DNA from: a virus | Taxonomy: Duplodnaviria > Caudoviricetes | Length of the DNA: 64,000 nt | Reading direction: 5' to 3' (one strand) | Virus record (IMG/VR): IMGVR_UViG_3300028025_002470 | Coordinates: 1,709 to 65,708 of that record | Shown here: positions 56,528 through 64,000 of the stretch, in pieces | Numbering within the stretch: the stretch's first letter is position 1 | How the letters are laid out: each line of letters starts with the position of its first letter | Position numbers and translations under genes: made by a program | Notes under the pieces: model-generated | The model's database searches: none | What the model was told of the DNA's origin: nothing | Seen by the model: only the letters and a program-made list of their open reading frames with translations

Positions 56528-57482
56528 TCAATATCTTTTTATATACGTCTAGTCTTTCCTCCGGTCTGTAGCTGTAATTCTTTTTACAGAAGTCATGAAG
56601 GTGGTCTCCAGATATCTTTATGCTCGTAGGGTTTTTAACAAAGTCACGGATATGATCAACAAAAGAATTATCTCCAGTAAAATAGTTCACAGGCATACCT
56701 AAGTAAGGATCAGCCTTAGAACATACCACTGGCATCTTCAAAGCTGCGTATTCGAGAACCTTAAGATTACTCTTAAGACTGTTGAATTTTGTGTCCTTAC
56801 TCGGAATGATTCCAATATTACCCTGATAACAGGACATATATTTTTCCACACCAGACCATGGAGTAAAACTATAAGGTATCTTACCGTCGGTAAGGTTCTT
56901 AACCAGTATGTCAAAGAGCGGGTTATCGTGATGACCTGCTATGACTACCTCAATGGGCAGGTCCGAAAGCTTTTTCATTGCGCCAGCTATAATAGAAGTA
57001 TTTGAGTAGTTCATTATAGTACTAGCGTATAACAACCTAATCTTGTCTGTTTTCTGTTTCCTGTACCTGAACTGACCCTTGCCGTAGTTAATCATATTAG
57101 GTATGATAAACACATTTGGGTTGATAGGCATAACAACTTCTGCCAACCTCTCGTGGGTACAGATGACAGCATCGGCGTTCATGAGGTGGCTTTGGATATG
57201 ATACGATATACTCGCCTTGCTCCAGAACTCATACTTGGGGTGGTCTTTACCAACCTCCCACCAGTCGTCTGTATCTACTACGATCTTAAAACCGTACTTA
57301 GACCTAAGACTTTTGAGATCTTGTGGACAGAACCTACTGTAATGCAGGATGTCACACCAAGCCAGATCCTCCTCTTTCAGTTCCTTAACGGTCCTGACGT
57401 CGGCGTCGATGAGGTTGTTTGGTGTGAATACCCTATGATAAGAAGATCCGTCAAGATCCTTTACGTAAGATAATACCTTCAT
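56517..57482 (-). CDS. Glycosyltransferase, GT-B fold
   Basis: GSSYHRV..P, VVDTDDWW, FNSLKSNLKVLEYAA. Confidence 0.85.
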   Translation of the reverse strand: MKVLSYVKDLDGSSYHRVFTPNNLIDADVRTVKELKEEDLAWCDILHYSRFCPQDLKSLRSKYGFKIVVDTDDWWEVGKDHPKYEFWSKASISYHIQSHLMNADAVICTHERLAEVVMPINPNVFIIPNMINYGKGQFRYRKQKTDKIRLLYASTIMNYSNTSIIAGAMKKLSDLPIEVVIAGHHDNPLFDILVKNLTDGKIPYSFTPWSGVEKYMSCYQGNIGIIPSKDTKFNSLKSNLKVLEYAALKMPVVCSKADPYLGMPVNYFTGDNSFVDHIRDFVKNPTSIKISGDHLHDFCKKNYSYRPEERLDVYKKILNGL

Positions 57483-57483
57483 A

Positions 57484-57491
57484 CAAAGTTA
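57484..57491 (-). promoter_or_regulatory. Bacteroidota -7 promoter box
   Basis: TAACTTTG immediately upstream of the glycosyltransferase ATG. Confidence 0.5.
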
Positions 57492-57531
57492 TATAGTGGG
57501 TTAGTCGATGTAAATAAAAACACCATGTGAA

Positions 57532-57762
57532 TTAAAATAACTTTCCCTCTAATTCCTCGGGTAGAATTTTGATATTATGCTCCATGCCAGACTTGGTAAT
57601 TATCTTCGTAGCCAGCATGTCCACCTCTTCGTTTGCGTCATTAATATACGAAACCTCTAGTGGTAGGAACGACTCGATCTGGAATGGGTTAATCCATAAC
57701 TCATTAAAGTATAATCTACCGTCCTCAACAAAGAACTCTTCTAGCTTTGCAAACCTACTCAT
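57532..57762 (-). CDS. Hypothetical acidic protein
   Basis: 76-aa coupled ORF. Confidence 0.65.
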   Translation of the reverse strand: MSRFAKLEEFFVEDGRLYFNELWINPFQIESFLPLEVSYINDANEEVDMLATKIITKSGMEHNIKILPEELEGKLF

Positions 57763-58126
57763 AAAATATCCTCCAGTTTTGTTTCTTGTCTTCGATTCTA
57801 TTTACATAAACACTCTCGGTACCATCATTAGCCATGATGTACCAGTCGTTTAAAGGTACGATATAAATGGCAAATATGTCTACCTCTTCTTTTGTATATT
57901 TCTGATTCTTGTATTTTCTTAGCCTAGCACGGTAGGTTTTATTTGTCATGGCCGTTATGCACTTGATCTGGACCTTCTTCATGACTCCCTTTACTTCAGC
58001 TACCCTGTCGTAGGCAGAAAAGCTTGTGACAGGTTTAGAGATAGATATCCCCCGAGCCCCAGCCTCGATGTCGAAGATCATCTCCGCCAGATTAGATATG
58101 TCATTAATATTGGATCTCGTTAGCAT
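57755..58126 (-). CDS. PD-(D/E)xK endonuclease, homing-endonuclease-like (start ATG 58126)
   Basis: AEMIF...SKP....YD...KVQIK...YTKEEVDIFAIY. Confidence 0.75.
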   Translation of the reverse strand: MLTRSNINDISNLAEMIFDIEAGARGISISKPVTSFSAYDRVAEVKGVMKKVQIKCITAMTNKTYRARLRKYKNQKYTKEEVDIFAIYIVPLNDWYIMANDGTESVYVNRIEDKKQNWRIFYE

Positions 58127-58592
58127 ATTGTATTGGTAGGAATGCGTTAAGTCTATTAGACACACCTCCGTTGCAGGTTTTTTGTGTAATTGACTCTCTG
58201 GTATCGAACTCAAAAACAAACTCTCCTCTGTCATCAGTAACCCTCCAAATGAGAATAACCCTCTCGGAGAGAAGGTTAACGATTATATAAAATGGTGTCC
58301 TAAGAGATTCGCTTACTTTAGCGCCGTTGACTAACTTCTCATAGGTTATCAGATAACCTTTCTTTAAATACTCTCTGGTAAGTGGTACGCTGCCAGCCAT
58401 CTCCCTGCACTTGATCTCTCCAACACCACAGACCTTGTAGTACCCATTCACCAGATGCGCTATGATCACATCAGAGTGTGAGTCCTTTTGCGCCATCTCT
58501 ACGATCTTATAACCCTTGGACTCGATGATGTCCTGAGTGCGCCTTTGGTGACTGATAAAGGTTTTACCCCTCTCTGTTTCACAGTCCAACAT
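58104..58592 (-). CDS. PD-(D/E)xK-fold nuclease-like protein
   Basis: SDVII...GVGEIKCR, YLITYEKL. Confidence 0.6.
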   Translation of the reverse strand: MLDCETERGKTFISHQRRTQDIIESKGYKIVEMAQKDSHSDVIIAHLVNGYYKVCGVGEIKCREMAGSVPLTREYLKKGYLITYEKLVNGAKVSESLRTPFYIIVNLLSERVILIWRVTDDRGEFVFEFDTRESITQKTCNGGVSNRLNAFLPIQYANEIQY

Positions 58593-58824
58593 TGTCCCTC
58601 CTCTTTATTTGGAGACTATTGATATACTCAAGATAACCTTTAATGCCATCCATGCCACCTTTTTCAAAGGCTTTCCTCATTCGTCTGGTGTGATTAATGG
58701 GATGTTGAACCACGTTAGGAACGTTCTGACCTTCCTCAACATAGAACCCAGAGACGGTCTCCTCATAGACCACAGGCAGCCTGCCTGCGATCTGTTTTAT
58801 ATACTTAACATCGGCCTTATTCAT
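58579..58824 (-). CDS. Hypothetical protein
   Basis: 81-aa coupled ORF. Confidence 0.65.
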   Translation of the reverse strand: MNKADVKYIKQIAGRLPVVYEETVSGFYVEEGQNVPNVVQHPINHTRRMRKAFEKGGMDGIKGYLEYINSLQIKRRDNVGL

Positions 58825-59374
58825 ATACGTACATTATGTTTGAGTTGTACATGACAAACAGTTTATGACCTTCGATCACATTCTCGAACTTACCGTTCTC
58901 CTCAAAGGCAACTTTAGCGCCAACAGGTATTGAAGGGTCGTTAGATGCGAAGACTATACCATTATTCGAGACCTTCTTCTTGAGCATCTCGGGGATAATC
59001 AAGGTGGATTTGACCTCTTCCTCAAGAGGTTGGATCAAGATGTGCTCCCCTACTGGATAGATCTGGCCATCCCTGACGGTAGCCAGAGCCATAAAGTAGT
59101 CTACTAGAAAATACTCTACGCCTTCGTGTTCAAGAAGGAGCTCCTCGTCCATAAGGATACCGTAGTTGATATAGAGCTTATCCCCGACCTCAACATTGTA
59201 AGCATAACCCTCTTGTGGGATAGTACGTGCAGGAATAGAAACAACGTGTCCATATTCTATGGCGTTATGTTCTGGCCTATATGTAGGGTCCAGATATATC
59301 TTACCGCCATTGAAGTCCATCTCATCGTTGAACTTCTTATCGACTGTGATAATAATTTTAGTTGGCGACTTCAT
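58817..59374 (-). CDS. Tandem GroES-like co-chaperonin
   Basis: Two units with P...I.., G.VV, VEVGD/PVGA.V.F; IYPVGEHILIQP...STLIIP. Confidence 0.7.
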   Translation of the reverse strand: MKSPTKIIITVDKKFNDEMDFNGGKIYLDPTYRPEHNAIEYGHVVSIPARTIPQEGYAYNVEVGDKLYINYGILMDEELLLEHEGVEYFLVDYFMALATVRDGQIYPVGEHILIQPLEEEVKSTLIIPEMLKKKVSNNGIVFASNDPSIPVGAKVAFEENGKFENVIEGHKLFVMYNSNIMYVYE

Positions 59375-59378
59375 AATA

Positions 59379-59386
59379 CAAAATTA
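59379..59386 (-). promoter_or_regulatory. Bacteroidota -7 promoter box
   Basis: TAATTTTG just upstream of the GroES-like gene. Confidence 0.5.
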
Positions 59387-59421
59387 AGTAATAACCAAAT
59401 AAAACTGTAATTTATTTATCC

Positions 59422-59739
59422 TCAGTACTTGACAGCCAGTCCGAGTTCGATAAGTTTCTCGTTGAGATTCAGATCACCTTGATAAACCACAACCAGAGGT
59501 CTACCGTACTTGTCGATCTCTTTGGAATAGATAACAACTTCAGTACCAATGTTGTCCTCTACCCACTTCTTGGATACTAATGCTGCCCCCTTTTGGTCTT
59601 TCTTTCTCAACTCGGGGGTGTCGATACCATAGAACCTACACTCGGCTTCGTACTTAATTTTAAACCCACAGTCTATAGAGAATACAACGGTATCGCCGTC
59701 TATGACTCTTAGAACCTTGGCCTTGTATTTATAATCCAT
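59422..59739 (-). CDS. Thermonuclease (SNase family)
   Basis: RVIDGDT, RFYGIDTPE, DKYGR. Confidence 0.92.
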   Translation of the reverse strand: MDYKYKAKVLRVIDGDTVVFSIDCGFKIKYEAECRFYGIDTPELRKKDQKGAALVSKKWVEDNIGTEVVIYSKEIDKYGRPLVVVYQGDLNLNEKLIELGLAVKY

Positions 59740-59798
59740 AACTGATATTTTGCGCCAAGGTAACCAATTCTAGCTAGTTTTATCCCAAATTTCAAACT

Positions 59799-59957
59799 AT
59801 GCAAGAAAAAGTTCTGGGTGTTCTCCGTCACATCCTCACATTCGCCGGAGGTTTTGTAGTAGCTAAAGGCTGGATAGATGAAAGCTCTGTACAAGAAATC
59901 GTTGGAGCACTTGCCACACTGGTTGGCTCTATCTGGTCAGTAGCTTCTAAGAAGTAA
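59799..59957 (+). CDS. Small two-TM holin-like protein, 52 aa, not in ORF track
   Basis: MQEKVLGVLRHILTFAGGFVVAKGWIDESSVQEIVGALATLVGSIWSVASKK. Confidence 0.75.
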   Translation: MQEKVLGVLRHILTFAGGFVVAKGWIDESSVQEIVGALATLVGSIWSVASKK

Positions 59958-59959
59958 GT

Positions 59960-59982
59960 AAAGGGGGTTATAAGCCCCCTTT
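59960..59982. terminator. Hairpin between convergent genes
   Basis: AAAGGGGGTT-ATA-AGCCCCCTTT. Confidence 0.6.
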
Positions 59983-60468
59983 CCAATGCTTGTTATATCT
60001 TTCGTAATAAAACGTCAGATCCATGGTGTTGTCGTCATAATAACTTGACACAACGTCACTCTTAAAGGCGGATCCAATATTCTCGAACAGGGTAGTTGTA
60101 ATTACGTTATATACACTAAACACAGACTTAAGCCAAGTATAGTTACCACCCCTGATTACGCCAGCCTCAACAAAGATTACATTATCATAGTGTGGTAGAG
60201 TCAATAATTTCTCTAGAGCTTTATACTGAAAGGGCGTAACATCCTCGTCTGGGTAGGGTACATCGATACAGATGATAGGACACATCTCCCCTTCAAAAGA
60301 AAGCTCATGAGCCAGATGCATGGCAGCAGTGGCTGAGTAGTCTGGAGAGACCATAACCACTAAACTATTCCCAGCGTGTACGTCGGGGTACTTCTCTTTA
60401 AACTTTTCCGCCAAGTCCTGAATAGCATCAAACTCGGCCTCTCGGTCGATAAGTAGTTCTCTTCTCAT
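59968..60468 (-). CDS. Phosphoribosyltransferase-fold protein
   Basis: VIFVEAGVIRGGN resembles a divergent PRPP-binding loop. Confidence 0.6.
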   Translation of the reverse strand: MRRELLIDREAEFDAIQDLAEKFKEKYPDVHAGNSLVVMVSPDYSATAAMHLAHELSFEGEMCPIICIDVPYPDEDVTPFQYKALEKLLTLPHYDNVIFVEAGVIRGGNYTWLKSVFSVYNVITTTLFENIGSAFKSDVVSSYYDDNTMDLTFYYERYNKHWKGGL

Positions 60469-61115
60469 TTGTATTCGTTATTGCCTTTATCTATTAGGGT
60501 ATCGTTTTTTCTTTTTAATATACCTGCACGCCTTGCTTCAGATATGCGCTTCTTTGTTTCTTCCGAAACAACCCTACCTTTGTTAGAATTTGATATTTTC
60601 TGTTTAACATCTTCTGGCAATATTTTACCAGTGTTGAATTCACGAAGCTTCTTCTTTGTTTCTTCTGATAACACACGACCAGTATGAATTTGGCTTAGCC
60701 TTTCTTTAAAAGAATCAGACCTTTTCTGCCCTTTTAGTTTTTTAACTCTCTTGTCTATTGTTTCTTGAGATTGTTTTTTGCCTAAATGAGAGTTTCTTAT
60801 CTTCAACCTAGTCTCTTCTGAACGAATCATACCAGAAATTCCTTGACCACCAATTGTACAATTCAAACCCTTTTTGAAACAGTTTAGCTTATCTATCCAC
60901 TCTATTTCTAATTTATTCAGGTCACTAAGCTCTGCAGTTTGGATCAACTCAAAGGTATGATTTTCCCATCCGTATTTTAATAAAGACCTATAAAGCCTTG
61001 TTTGGTTCTTACAGTTTGCGTACTTATATTTTCGCTGCCTTTCATTTATATCAACTGTTTGTCCTACATATATCTTACCCGAAGGATTTGTTATTTTATA
61101 AATATATCCTATCAT
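60465..61115 (-). CDS. GIY-YIG homing endonuclease with NUMOD3 repeats
   Basis: GYIYKITNPSGKIYVGQT; several SEET..K repeats. Confidence 0.92.
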   Translation of the reverse strand: MIGYIYKITNPSGKIYVGQTVDINERQRKYKYANCKNQTRLYRSLLKYGWENHTFELIQTAELSDLNKLEIEWIDKLNCFKKGLNCTIGGQGISGMIRSEETRLKIRNSHLGKKQSQETIDKRVKKLKGQKRSDSFKERLSQIHTGRVLSEETKKKLREFNTGKILPEDVKQKISNSNKGRVVSEETKKRISEARRAGILKRKNDTLIDKGNNEYK

Positions 61116-61120
61116 AAAAG

Positions 61121-62782
61121 CTATTTTGAATACTCGAATTGTAGAATTTTGCCCACGATATCAGACCTGTGGTTTTCTTTAAGTTTAATCCATTCAATGC
61201 CTTCGATCTTTTTACTCAGCTCGATAGCATAGGACAGACCGTTGTACTCGTCCTTAATGTCCTTCTGTTCGTTATCGCCATTGATAACGATCTTTCCGTT
61301 CTTTCCTAGTCTGGTCAGAACCGCCAGCATCTGAGCCTTTGTAAGATTCTGAGCCTCCTCAACAATAAGTATATCATCAATAGTTTTTCCTCTTATAAAC
61401 TGGACAGGGTAGGCCTTAATAAGTTCGGGGGCGATCTTGTCACTACACTTAGAAACATTCTCAGCAAAGGCTTCCAAGTAAGGATTGAACTTATCATCCA
61501 TCCCTCCGGGTAGAAAACCCATAGATGCGCCGACTTCAATAGTGGCCCTAGTAACAAGTATCTGGGTGACTTGTCTTCTCTGTAATAAGTCTATTGCGGT
61601 TTGCGCACTAACCAAAGATTTGCCACAGTTGTGTGTTACGGTAAAGTCTTCTAGGATAAATAGATTATCTCCATCAAGTCTGAATCCATAATACCAATCT
61701 ACAGTATCCTTTTCTATGACAACACCTGTGTGGGTCTGGTCTTTAAATTCAGAACCTATCTCATTCCTCTTTCTTTCAATCTTACATGGTATGAGATCTT
61801 CTGGTACTATTGTAATCCTATGGACTTCGCAAGAGTAGACAGAGCCGTCTTTTCTTTTCATCGTAGCTATCTTAGGCTTTACGCTAGTTTTATAACCTAA
61901 AGACCTACTAATAAATACTATGTCGTATGCAAGCTTTTTATCTTTTAGAGTCAATTCATAATACTTCCCTATCTTGCTGTAGTGCCCGTCACTATCCAAC
62001 ATTCCGGAAAGTAAACTTATCCTCTGTTCCTTAGAACTATATTTATAAATATCTGGAACAACCTTCTCTTCTATCTTAGATACATTTGTTACGCCAAATA
62101 AATCCTTAACAATATTATTAATCGACTCACTAGTGGGTAGTGACCATTTATATTTTGCTGGAAGCTTTATTGCGCCAAGGTCTATCAGGTAATTTTCTAT
62201 CTCAAAGTCAGATGTGGTAATAATACGGAAGTTTGACTTATCACCGTCGCCAAGCCAAAGTCCCATATAGTATGGGTCTACAGGAAGGTCCTTTTGAGGA
62301 AACTCAATACAAGGAGATATATATCCTTTATACTGTTTTCTTCTCTTTACAGACATGTACTGCTCTATAGTAAGATTAACAGTAGTTGTCTTCTTTTCGT
62401 GAATAGGAGGCCTAGTGTAGTCAAAAGCCCTTTTCCCGTCAACTGTAATCCTGTGGTAAACTTCAGACTCTACTCGCTTAAGAGAAAGGGTATGATTACT
62501 ATTGACTCTGTAATCCATGCCTCGCTTCTGCTTTACAATATACATCTGGTCCTGACCGGTAAAAAGCTCCAAAACGTTTCTTGGCGTAGAGTCTATTCCC
62601 ATTAACTGATCGCCAACTACTACGTCTTCAGCGTTTTTAAAGGAACCATCGTACATCAAAACCTTAGTGCCTGCGCCTAGACAACCAGCCCTTCCGGTAA
62701 TGATAACGATCTGATTGTCTAGGATAAGCTTCTTGGCTGTCTTCTGTTCCTCATTTAGCTGAACCTTGAACTTTTCTTTCAT
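61121..62782 (-). CDS. phoH: PhoH-family ATPase interrupted by an intein
   Basis: GRAG|CGKS Walker A, GFLPG, FIRGKT, VEEAQN, LTRLG, GDNEQKD, ENHRS. Confidence 0.92.
   Translation of the reverse strand: MKEKFKVQLNEEQKTAKKLILDNQIVIITGRAGCLGAGTKVLMYDGSFKNAEDVVVGDQLMGIDSTPRNVLELFTGQDQMYIVKQKRGMDYRVNSNHTLSLKRVESEVYHRITVDGKRAFDYTRPPIHEKKTTTVNLTIEQYMSVKRRKQYKGYISPCIEFPQKDLPVDPYYMGLWLGDGDKSNFRIITTSDFEIENYLIDLGAIKLPAKYKWSLPTSESINNIVKDLFGVTNVSKIEEKVVPDIYKYSSKEQRISLLSGMLDSDGHYSKIGKYYELTLKDKKLAYDIVFISRSLGYKTSVKPKIATMKRKDGSVYSCEVHRITIVPEDLIPCKIERKRNEIGSEFKDQTHTGVVIEKDTVDWYYGFRLDGDNLFILEDFTVTHNCGKSLVSAQTAIDLLQRRQVTQILVTRATIEVGASMGFLPGGMDDKFNPYLEAFAENVSKCSDKIAPELIKAYPVQFIRGKTIDDILIVEEAQNLTKAQMLAVLTRLGKNGKIVINGDNEQKDIKDEYNGLSYAIELSKKIEGIEWIKLKENHRSDIVGKILQFEYSK
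61628..62683 (-). mobile_element. Intein (352 aa) with LAGLIDADG endonuclease
   Basis: Starts CLGAGTKV, block B VNSNH, GLWLGDG and LSGMLDSDG motifs, ends VTHN followed by Cys. Confidence 0.93.
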
Positions 62783-63011
62783 GTATGCCTTTTAGGTAAT
62801 CTATCCACTGTCTCTTATCTCCGTACTCAATATGACACACCCTACATACGGCCATCAGATTCTCGATCGTGTCTTTAGTCTTGCTGCCACCCATACCGCG
62901 ACAATCAATATGATGAATGTCAACAGCACGGGCGCCACACACTTCACAAGGTATATAATCTTCTGCGCCATAGTCAAAGTATTCTAGGTAGATCTTGGTG
63001 TGTTTTTTCAC
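62751..63011 (-). CDS. HNH endonuclease
   Basis: CEVC...VDIHHI...NLMAVCRVCH. Confidence 0.88.
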   Translation of the reverse strand: MKKHTKIYLEYFDYGAEDYIPCEVCGARAVDIHHIDCRGMGGSKTKDTIENLMAVCRVCHIEYGDKRQWIDYLKGIHERKVQGSAK

Positions 63012-63196
63012 TTCCAGCCCTTCTTCATCTTCTTGTAGTCCTCTTTACTAACAGTGCTTTCTCCTTTACTCTTTGAGGTTCCAGCTTTCTTCTTGGCGTT
63101 GATGTTGTTGACTAGACTGTTCTTTACTCCTAACTTATTCTCTGCCTTCTCGTGACCCTTACTCTCTTTCTTTTCGTGTGACTTACTATTCTTCAT
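63008..63196 (-). CDS. Small basic protein
   Basis: Lys-rich; NINAKKKAGTS. Confidence 0.65.
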   Translation of the reverse strand: MKNSKSHEKKESKGHEKAENKLGVKNSLVNNINAKKKAGTSKSKGESTVSKEDYKKMKKGWK

Positions 63197-63435
63197 ATGT
63201 ATTATATTAAACTGCTCCTAGATTCTGAGACCTTCAGAACAAAGCTTCGCTTAAAAGGTAAGTACCTTTGCGAAGAAACTGCTCCCGAGTTCGTCGACTC
63301 CGTCACGCAGCTGCCATTGCTGGCCAGAGATTAAGGCCTCTGTCGCTCCTGTCAAACACTTAAACATATCCGCCACCGGATTAAACATAGCGTGCCCTTA
63401 TATGGTAGGCAACCCTGACAGGTAGAACCATACAG

Positions 63436-63467
63436 CAAAGATAACCCAACCAAACTTACCAAACAAA
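63436..63467 (-). promoter_or_regulatory. Bacteroidota housekeeping-sigma promoter facing the left-going arm
   Basis: On the - strand TTTG-N20-TATCTTTG matches the -33/-7 consensus. Confidence 0.7.
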
Positions 63468-63627
63468 TTTTTCTGTTCGCGAACAACGAACTTTAATTAG
63501 CCGATTCTAGACGGCAAATATCGCCGTAATACCAAAGGTCCAATAAACTACCAGAGGGGCTAGAATCGCCTCTAATGAGCTCAGGAAGGCGTGAATATAC
63601 GTATGCTATACTTATCCTGAAATAACC

Positions 63628-63635
63628 TATCTTTG
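63628..63635 (+). promoter_or_regulatory. Divergent -7 promoter box
   Basis: TATCTTTG in a non-coding region. Confidence 0.45.
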
Positions 63636-64000
63636 TTGTGGCGAAATGGTGAGGTAAAAAAGGGTCTGTAGACTTGAGAGGGTGGGGTAAGTGTTATGAT
63701 CCGGTACGTCACCGACCGAGTGCGAATCGCGCGCGCGCACATGGGTGGGGTTCAATTCCGCGATTCCAAAATCGATTCACCGACCATGCATCACAACCTA
63801 ACAAACCAACATGGACAAGAAACCAAAACCGGCAAAGCAACGTGAGGGTGGGAGGTAAGGGTGGATAGGGGAACGGAGGTGGAAGGTCAGGCGGAAGGAA
63901 ATGGTGGCGGATGGATGCAGGAAAGCAATTGCTGCCCCTGCTTATAACCATTGTTCATCCATGCTGCCCCTGCTTGTTGCTATTGTTCGCTCATGTACGC

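Noticed and set aside
18547-57473. Many + strand ORFs in the track
   Set aside because: They are antisense shadows of long - strand genes with no recognisable motifs or start context.
63674-63951. Two short ORFs and a GGTTCAATTCC T-loop-like word near 63750
   Set aside because: The ORFs are low-complexity products of skewed sequence, and I could not build an acceptor stem around the T-loop-like word.
1-64000. Genome-wide stop codon reassignment as in some crAss-like phages
   Set aside because: Long genes are open under the standard code, and TAG and TGA end well-supported genes (TAG at 6336 and the portal; many ATGA overlaps).
1-64000. Prophage or temperate lifestyle
   Set aside because: No integrase, repressor or bacterial flanking genes were recognised in the window.

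Overview
The window looks like most of the genome of a lytic tailed phage (probably podovirus-like) of a Bacteroidota host. Host evidence is TAnnTTTG-type promoters and A-rich ribosome-loading regions without Shine-Dalgarno sequences. Two arms converge near 16.2 kb. The + arm (1-16.2 kb) holds many tiny early genes, an RNA cluster, ERF/YqaJ recombination, a T7-gp4-like primase-helicase, a resolvase and nucleotide metabolism. The - arm (63.2-16.2 kb) holds an intein-containing PhoH, terminase, portal, capsid, tail, lysis genes and a 3352-aa polyvalent protein. I saw no DNA polymerase, RNA polymerase, integrase or CRISPR array. The most unusual signal is an RNA layer in the early region. Six covarying mini-tRNA elements (acceptor-like stem plus T-arm, no anticodon arm) sit between stop codons and the next start. 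A malformed full-length tRNA-like gene is followed directly by a small RNA antisense to early-gene start sites, and three terminator-like hairpins share one loop sequence. A YCCCGARC motif is also strongly over-represented genome-wide. All protein calls come from motif recognition by eye; no database search was run.
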